A stretch of DNA of 64,000 bases from assembly GCA_946965045.2 (NCBI GenBank), contig OX337236.1, positions 2,480,001 through 2,544,000 on the forward strand, read 5' to 3'. Of the stretch, positions 56,826 through 64,000 are shown piece by piece. Below the pieces are notes generated by a model, which had not been told where the DNA came from, made no database searches, and saw only the letters and a program-made list of their open reading frames with translations. Every line of letters begins with the position of its first letter. The first letter of the stretch is position 1. The DNA is from Epithemia pelagica (lineage: Eukaryota; Protista; Bacillariophyta). The position numbers and the translations under genes were made by a program.

Positions 56826-57141
56826 AAATCCTATATATCGCAAAGAGCATACATCCACCCGTCCGCTTCGCTTGTTAACACGAATGGCGATGAACTCTCC
56901 GGCCAAGCGATGCCCCTTCACCTTCATGGAGTGTTTGATGTGACAACGGCCCTCGTCCGGAAAGACACAACAATCAATCTGAAATTGTAAAAAGACCCTG
57001 CCCCCATCGAAACTACGAGACAACAGCATGCCGAAAACAGTTCCTGCGGAAGTGAAAGGAGCTCGAGCTTTGCACTTCCTCCAATCAATCCATCCTGCTT
57101 TTTTGGGCGCCATTGTCACTTTTTGTTTGATTGTTCACTTA

Positions 57142-57309
57142 CATGTATCGATACATGTATCGATACACAAAGAATGTATCGATACACGTATCGATACACA
57201 AAGAATGTATCGATACACTGAAGAATGTATCGATACACTGAAGAATGTATCGATACTAATATCGATACATAAAGAATGTATCGATACACTGAAGAATGTA
57301 TCGATACAT
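57142..57309. repeat. Second TGTATCGATACA array (10 ATCGAT cores, ~20-bp unit AAGAATGTATCGATACACTG)
   Basis: ATCGAT at 57147, 57159, 57178, 57190, 57209, 57229, 57249, 57261, 57280 and 57300. Confidence 0.95.
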
Positions 57310-57668
57310 TTACTATTGTGTTTTAAGTACCTGAGACATTTTCCCGGACCTTTGAATTCTTCTATTATACTGTACCCCATGAAATGTTTCTGTACTATTT
57401 TGCTAGGTAACCAAAACTACGATACCTAGTATACGAGTAGACCTTAACCTCCTATGATACCTTTGTCATCGAAAATCGAAAAGGTCCAAGACGATGTTGC
57501 CTACTAGGGTCGACAACAAAATTGTTCCTTGGCTACAAATATCATAGGTGTCCCAGAGACTTCAGACGCGCGACAGAAACATATTATGGGGTAGTTCAGT
57601 CCTGAAACGATTGTTCATCACTCTACCATCTACCCTCTAAGGTTAGCCGAGGAAAAGTTCGAAAGGGA

Positions 57669-57872
57669 TGCGGTACCCGGACTCTGTCCCGCCACGACTC
57701 CACGTAAACATGACTCGATAGGTCCCTAGTTGAATCTTTGACACCGACGTTCTCAGAATTCAGTCCGTCCTTGTCCCGTGTGCAGATGGCTTCTCTGGCC
57801 ATCGCTCACTTTCCTAGCCTAATTCCTAAAGATCATAATTTTTACGTCCTACCATTATGCATGGGTATGGCA
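57669..57872 (+). repeat. 5' LTR
   Basis: No differences seen from 62106-62309 on base-by-base reading. Confidence 0.97.
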
Positions 57873-58009
57873 CTCTGATAAGATTCCTCAACGCCCTTGT
57901 TTTTCCTTCTTCACCATAACACGCCTCAGGCGGCCGACGTTTGTGCAATTCCTTTTGCCCGTCCTTTGATTCCTTTCCTTTCATTTTCTCACCATTGCAT
58001 ATCTCCATC

Positions 58010-61000
58010 ATGGCAGACAACACCAATGGGTTCATTACCCTTGTCGATGCACTCCGCTTCCAACGTCGCGTTGATGAGGCTCTGTCCTCCGATTCCTTTT
58101 CCGCTCTCAAGCTCAAAGATGACGACGACAAGTATTACGCCAACCTCCTCCCATTTCGGGAGTCGACGGATGAAGATCCTCGCAATCTCTTTCTTTGGGT
58201 CCTCCACTTCGTGGACAAGATCCGCATCTCCGGTCATCCGGATCCCTTCGCCGCTTGTTGCGAGTATTTCCCTCGCTCGGTCACCAGCGCTATCGCCGAT
58301 CCTTTTCTCGAAGCCTACAACGGTTTGCCTCCAGGCACCAATCTCGATGAAGCCTGCTTCCAAGGTTTGATTGCTGCGGTCTTCGCCCCCCTTGTCCTTG
58401 TCAGTGAAGTTAGTGCTTTCCGCACCTTCCTTCTTTCTGGGCCTCGGAAGCCCTCAGACATGACAGTGGACTCGCATCTGCAGTCCCTTCGCAAGTTTTC
58501 AAACGGTCTCAAATACCTCAGCTCCGACGCTGCAATCGTCCCCCTCACGGAAGACAAACTCAAACAAGCCTTTTACCAAGGCTCGCCAACAACATGGCGC
58601 ACGGAATTTCAACAAGCCAATCCCTTGGTGCCGGACATTGTCAATCACTTTGACACGGCTGCTCTCTTGCAAGCCATGCGCGGATACCAGCGCGCCTCCA
58701 AGCAAAAGGCCCTACAACGTGAGCAACAGCAAAATCGTTCGCAGTCTCGCCAAGACCGCTCTCGTCCTCGCGACTCCAACAACAGCGGCAATCGCGATCG
58801 TCGCGTGCGCTCTCGCCAATCTCGTGGTGGACTCCGCGGTGGCAATCGTGATTCCTCACGTGGCGGAAATCGCCGTGGCTCCTCCGACCGTAACGACTCC
58901 TCCGGAGACAATCGTGGCGCCTCCGATGGCAACTCCGATCCCTGTCCGTATCGGACCACGATGGAATCCCATCGCAACCATTCTTGGGCTGATTGCATTT
59001 ATAATCCTACGGGTCGCAATTTCAATCAAAGCCTTTTTGACGTCATGGTTCAACGTTCTAACCGTTCTACCAGTGGCGGCAACGCCGGAAACAATCCTCC
59101 TCAAGGTGGTGGTTCCAATGGCAATAACAACCCGCGTGGTGGCTCTTCCGCTCCTCTGCGTGCCACTTGGGGCTCTCGTCCTTCTGCCCCAGGTCGTGGC
59201 AGTGATCAAGACGCCTCTGACTCTGCTGGTGCCGGCAATGGATGGAATGCCGTTCCTGCCAATCCTCCTGCCGTAGCTCCTCCTCCAGGATGCGTTCCTA
59301 CCATTCCTGTCGATGCCGAGGGAATCCAGCAGTGGAGCGATCTTCGCAATCCTGAAAAGACAGTCCCCGGTACGTCTCACCTTTCATCTTCCTTTTCCTT
59401 GTCTCCTGACGATCAGACTCATCACCTGGACATTTTGTTCTCGCAGCAATGTCAGATCCAAACTGGCCCGCCAACGGCTATGCCGGCAGCGCAATCCATC
59501 CCGATGCACCCATCAACGAGGTCATCGACCAGCTCAATAAAATCTATGGGCGCGGAATGGACATTTCCCACATCTACAACCTGTCCACCCAAGGAGGTCT
59601 CGCTGCTTACACCCGCGTCTCTATGTCGTGATGACGCTTTTATAAGCGAGGTGATTGATCCTAATAACGGTTACTTGGATAACCTAGAGTCTTATGATGA
59701 GTTCTACTCCCAATTTCCTTCATCTAGTGATGTTCATTCGTTAGATTCGCCTTCTCGGCCTGAATGCATTCCACTCACCATCGTCATGGCTCGCCATATT
59801 GGCGGTGTTGAGAATACGCTTCCCTTGCGTGCCCTGCTCGATTCAGGCGCTGACAAGACGATTCTTCATTCACGTTGCCTTCAACCAGGCATGATACCGC
59901 GGTCTACCGACCGTTCCGTGAACACGACCATGGGAACTCGTTCTGGTGTGTCCGAAATTCTCCTGGAAGACATTGTTCTCCCAGAGTTCTCACGAACCAA
60001 ACACGTAACCTATCCCTTATGGGTCGACATCTATGATGCTCCCAACAGTCGCTATGATATCATCATCGGTCGCAATTTGCTTCGCCGTCTGGGCGTCCTT
60101 CTTGATTTCGATCGTGGGATCTCCTCGTGGGACTCCATTGAAGTCGCTATGCGCGACCGCGATTCATTCGCGACTGAACATGAGTTCGTCTCGCATTTCA
60201 TCGATCTCTTCGCAGATGATGACGTCCTCGGTGACGATTACCTGCTTGATTCAAATTACAAACAGGCAGATCTCGATGAGCTTCTTGCTCAACAGACTCA
60301 TCTGACGCCCTCACAACAACAAGATCTTCTTGGTGTGTGGCTGAAATGCGGGCGCATCTTTGATGGCGTCCTGCGTGCCTATCCGGACAAAGAGTTGCAT
60401 CTCGATCTCATGCCCGATGCCAAACCGGCTCATCATCGTCATTATGCGGTCCCTCGCAATATCCATGACACCTTTAAAAAGGAATTGTTTCGGTTTGTCG
60501 ATATCGGCATTCTCGAACGAGTTGGTTCCACTGAGTGGGCCGCTCCTCATTTCGCCATTCCTAAAAAGGATGGACGAATCCGAATGATCTCGGACTTTCA
60601 TTCGCTTAATGCGCAAATGTACCGCCGCATCTATCCCTTTCCAAGGATCGAAGATATCCTTCGACGACGCAAAGGCTACAAGTATTTCACAAAACTTGAC
60701 ATCTCTACGTGTTTTCACACTTTCAAACTCGACGAGTTTTCCAGCAATCTTTGCGTTATCACTACGCCTTTTGGCAAATTTCGCTATCGACGTCTCCCTA
60801 TGGGAGTTAAGCAATCCCCAGACTTCTGTCAGGAGCTCATGGAAGAAGTCCTCGCTGACTTTCGCAATCACGTCGAGGTCTACATCGACGATATCGGCGT
60901 CTTTTCCGACAGTTGGGAAGAACATGTCGAGATTCTCAACAAAGTCCTTCAACGTCTTCAAGACAAGAACTTTTCTATCACTCCTCACAAATGTGAATGG

Positions 61001-61213
61001 GCCGTGCAGGAAACCAACTTCCTTGGCCATTGGCTCACGCCTACAGGTCTACGACCATGGAAGAAAAAGATTTCCGCGACTCCGCGATACTATCGCCATG
61101 CACATGACGCATCCCCAATTGGGACTCTACTGCGATCAAGCTGTTTCCAGCTGTCCGACCTGTCAACGGTCGAAGGTCGTTCATCGACATTACGGAAAAT
61201 TGCCTCCTCGTGA
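58010..61213 (+). pseudogene. gag-protease-RT polyprotein, truncated after RT (RNase H deleted)
   Basis: Gag CPY...H..H.W..C..NP knuckle; protease ALLDSGA; RT WAAPHFAIPKKDGRIR, KLDIS and YIDDIGVFS. Reading becomes junk after PWKKKISA (~61078). Confidence 0.92.
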
Positions 61214-62018
61214 GGTCCGTGGTAATCCCTGGTCCGACATTGCCGTCGATCTTATCGGCCCCTGGACAGTCAAAGTCCATGGCATGGCCCTGACCTTTCA
61301 GGCTCTGACGGTCATTGACACTGTCACCAATTTTTGCGAGATTATCCGCATATACGATAAAACCGCTCGACATGTTGGTCTCCAACTCGAGAATTCATGG
61401 CTTTCACGCTATCATCGCCCTGTTCGTTGCCTTTTCGATCAAGGCGGCGAGTTCATCGGCCATGCGTTTACGCAAGTGCTTCGCAATCATGGCATCAAGC
61501 CAGTGCCCCTAACGGTCAAAAATCCACAATCCAATGCCCTATGTGAACGTCTTCATTTGACGATTGGCAATTCATTACGCGCTATCGTTAACTACGAGCC
61601 GCCGCAAAACATTGATCAGGCCGCTCTTATGGTCGACACTGCTCTGCAAACCGCTGCATACTCTGCACGCACTGCCATCCACGGCAGCCTCAAACATTCT
61701 CCCGGCAGTCTTGCGTTCCACCGCGACATGCTGTTCGACATTCCCATCCTTGCGGACATGGAATTGATTCGTCAAAAACGCCAAATCATCGTTGACGAAC
61801 GAGCTCGACTCGCAAATCGCTCTCGCGTCTTTCATGACTACAAGATTGGAGATCGCGTGCTCATCCGCGCTACCAATCCGGACAAATTGGCACCTCGTAC
61901 CAGTCCCAATCCTTTCACTATCACGCGTGTCCATTCCAATGGCACCGTGACCATTCAACGTGGTCCCCACGTTACCGAGCGCATCAATATCCGGCGTCTC
62001 ATCCCTTACCGTGTGTGA
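61075..62018 (+). pseudogene. Integrase, N-terminally truncated and out of frame with pol
   Basis: RLRDTIAMH...CPTCQ, PWSDIAVDLIGPW, FDQGGEF, NPQSNALCERLH, C-terminal GPY/F-like module ending INIRRLIPY. Confidence 0.92.
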
Positions 62019-62105
62019 CATGGGTTTTACTGCCGTTGGCCTCTGGCCATCAAGCTTTCCCATGGCCCGCTCGAACTTCCTAGGTCCGACCAGGGAGAGG
62101 TAGAG

Positions 62106-62309
62106 TGCGGTACCCGGACTCTGTCCCGCCACGACTCCACGTAAACATGACTCGATAGGTCCCTAGTTGAATCTTTGACACCGACGTTCTCAGAATTCAG
62201 TCCGTCCTTGTCCCGTGTGCAGATGGCTTCTCTGGCCATCGCTCACTTTCCTAGCCTAATTCCTAAAGATCATAATTTTTACGTCCTACCATTATGCATG
62301 GGTATGGCA
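62106..62309 (+). repeat. 3' LTR
   Basis: No differences seen from 57669-57872. Confidence 0.97.
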
Positions 62310-62778
62310 AGGGAAGTGTACATTACAGAAGATGTTTTTGGGCGTATAGGTATGATCTGGCTATCTAAATCGTTCTAATCACTACTCCTAATAATCTACC
62401 TCTAGCTAGAACTAGAGTAGTAGTAGAGATGAACTCTACCTGTGGTAGCAATGATTTTTTTCATTCCCGGGTAGTAGTATTGAATATGCGTTCTCGCTAA
62501 GGCGTAAATCTCTGATTTCTCTACGACTCCGCGTCTATTTCCAGGTATGAATTTTAGCTAATGGCGTAGTGAGTCATATCCTTTCAGTCACGGAATTCAT
62601 ATCGCGCTGAGAGTTAATCAAGAAGTTTTGGCCGGGAATCCAACTCCTTGCGGGGGTGAGGCTAAACACAATTACACAGTCGTAGCTTCCCCCGATAGGG
62701 CGTGTCAGGGAGACGTGCCAAAACGGCGCCCTGAGTCACTTTTCTTAGAAACCGGAAGTGCGAACACAAAGAAAAAAA

Positions 62779-64000
62779 ATGAAGGCAAAGATATCTTACA
62801 TTACAATCTCATTTGTCTTTACCCGCCAGGCAACATCGTTCTTGAGGACGTTCCCATTGAGACAACAAGGTGCACATTCACGTGGCTTTTCGATCGCAAC
62901 AGCCGCCGAATCATCACCATATAAGAATTTCCAACGTTCTCGTTCAGGTTTTGTCAATCGCAACAAGCTTACCCGAAAAATGAGTGCCACCGCCGAGGAA
63001 ACGAAGCAGGCCACTGAAACCAAGCCATCCCTCGAAGATGTGTCCGACGCCTACAAGTCTCTGGTTTCCAAGCTCACGACCCTTGGTCTGTTGCAACGTG
63101 TGAGTGGTTTGTTGAATTACGATCAAATGGTATTCATGCCGGCCAAGGCTGCCCCCGAACGTGGAGCGCAAATGTCGGCCATGGCCGGTTTGGTGCACGA
63201 AAAGTCTACCGATCCAGAACTACTGACATTGATGGAAAAGGCCCAAAGTGACCTTTCTGCGACAGGGAATGACAAGGACTTTAAGGACGAAGCTCGACTC
63301 TTGGAATTGGAACACAAGGACTTTATCCAGAATGCGCGAGTGTCCAAAGAATTGGCCTCGGAAAAGGCGGCACTCAAGGCATCCGCCCATGCCGCCTGGG
63401 CCAAGGCACGCGAACAAAAAGATTTCAGTGTGTTTGAGCCATTGCTCAAAAAATGCTTCGATCTAGTCAAGCAAGAAGCCGAGGCCAAGCTGGGAGATAA
63501 CCCTGACAACATTTCTCACTACACACACATGTTGGATCAATACGAAATGGGCATGGCCCCTGAAAGATTGGACGACATCTTTGATCAAATCCAACAGGCG
63601 TTGGTTCCCTTGATTGCCAAAGTGTGGGGTGAGACTGCCACCCCACCTTCGACGGATCCCATCAAATCCAAGCAGCCCTTTGATGAAGAAAAGCAAAAGG
63701 AACTGAGTCGCAAGATCGTGACACAGTTGGGCTACAATGTGGATTGTGGTCGCATTGATAAGGCTGTACATCCATTCACCATGTCTGTCTCACCCAGTGA
63801 TGTGCGCATTACGAGTCGATACTTGCCCGACAACTGGTACAATGGATTGGCGGCGAGTATTCACGAATCGGGTCATGCCATGTACGAACAGAATCTTCCC
63901 TCTCAAGCCAACGGAGGTGCCAAGAATGGCCCGCTCCAAGTCGATGCGGCCCTGTCACTGGGAATGCATGAATCGCAATCTCTCTTTTGGGAACGTCACA
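62779..64000 (+). CDS. M32 (carboxypeptidase Taq-like) metallocarboxypeptidase, 5' part; continues beyond the window
   Basis: Open frame from ATG 62779 (second ATG 62980): LLNYDQMVFMP, RIDKAVHPFT, DVRITSRY, HESGH at 63862-63876, SLGMHESQSLFWE. Absent from the ORF track because it has no stop in the window. Confidence 0.93.
   Translation, partial: MKAKISYITISFVFTRQATSFLRTFPLRQQGAHSRGFSIATAAESSPYKNFQRSRSGFVNRNKLTRKMSATAEETKQATETKPSLEDVSDAYKSLVSKLTTLGLLQRVSGLLNYDQMVFMPAKAAPERGAQMSAMAGLVHEKSTDPELLTLMEKAQSDLSATGNDKDFKDEARLLELEHKDFIQNARVSKELASEKAALKASAHAAWAKAREQKDFSVFEPLLKKCFDLVKQEAEAKLGDNPDNISHYTHMLDQYEMGMAPERLDDIFDQIQQALVPLIAKVWGETATPPSTDPIKSKQPFDEEKQKELSRKIVTQLGYNVDCGRIDKAVHPFTMSVSPSDVRITSRYLPDNWYNGLAASIHESGHAMYEQNLPSQANGGAKNGPLQVDAALSLGMHESQSLFWERH

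Larger units (their letters stand above)
45588..57554 (-). mobile_element. ~12-kb DDE DNA transposon with long, degenerate TIRs and cargo genes
   Basis: GGGACACCTATGAAATTTGTAGCCAAGGAACAATTTTGTTG at 45588 is mirrored ending at 57554. Further inverted matches: 45829-45857 to 56658-56686 and 45856-45892 to 55543-55578. Internal transposase. No TSD seen. Confidence 0.8.
57669..62309 (+). mobile_element. Ty3/gypsy LTR retrotransposon, 4641 bp, internally deleted
   Basis: 204-bp LTRs with TG...CA ends; TSD AGGGA at 57664-57668 and 62310-62314; PPT AGGGAGAGGTAGAG at 62092-62105; domain order gag-PR-RT-IN. Confidence 0.97.

Noticed and set aside
57873-57880. CTCTGATA as a tRNA-iMet PBS (reverse complement TATCAGAG)
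   Set aside because: It is on the wrong strand for a plus-oriented element and lacks the TGG.
1-64000. rRNA, tRNA or other structured ncRNA genes
   Set aside because: No cloverleaf, A/B box or rRNA-conserved segment was recognised. A tRNAscan-SE/Infernal run would be needed to exclude them.

Overview
This is eukaryotic nuclear DNA with short GT-AG introns and proteins with bipartite-type N-termini, most consistent with a pennate diatom (inference). Layout: a 170-bp satellite (1-1534); a decayed Plavaka-like DNA transposon with accessory genes; a 3'-truncated LINE; an intact host gene block (ZRANB3-like SNF2/HNH helicase, double-VASt protein, patatin phospholipase, DUF1838-like protein, large disordered protein, bZIP-PAS factor); a 6.6-kb piggyBac-like element with ~265-bp TIRs flanked by CTAG; a Crinkler/RHS-like NTPase gene; a ~12-kb DDE transposon with long fragmented TIRs; a 4.6-kb Ty3/gypsy element with identical LTRs and an AGGGA TSD but no RNase H; and the 5' part of an M32 carboxypeptidase gene. 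Three observations stand out. (1) The 12-kb transposon carries a protein fusing a SET domain to a 2OG-Fe(II) dioxygenase-like domain, plus arrays of a CpG-containing palindrome. (2) A small gene is clearly homologous between the piggyBac and the 12-kb element, each time paired head-to-head with a basic protein. (3) The gypsy element has a 77-nt intron whose splicing would convert Gag-Pol into a Gag-only protein. All domain calls come from motif recognition by eye; no database searches were run.
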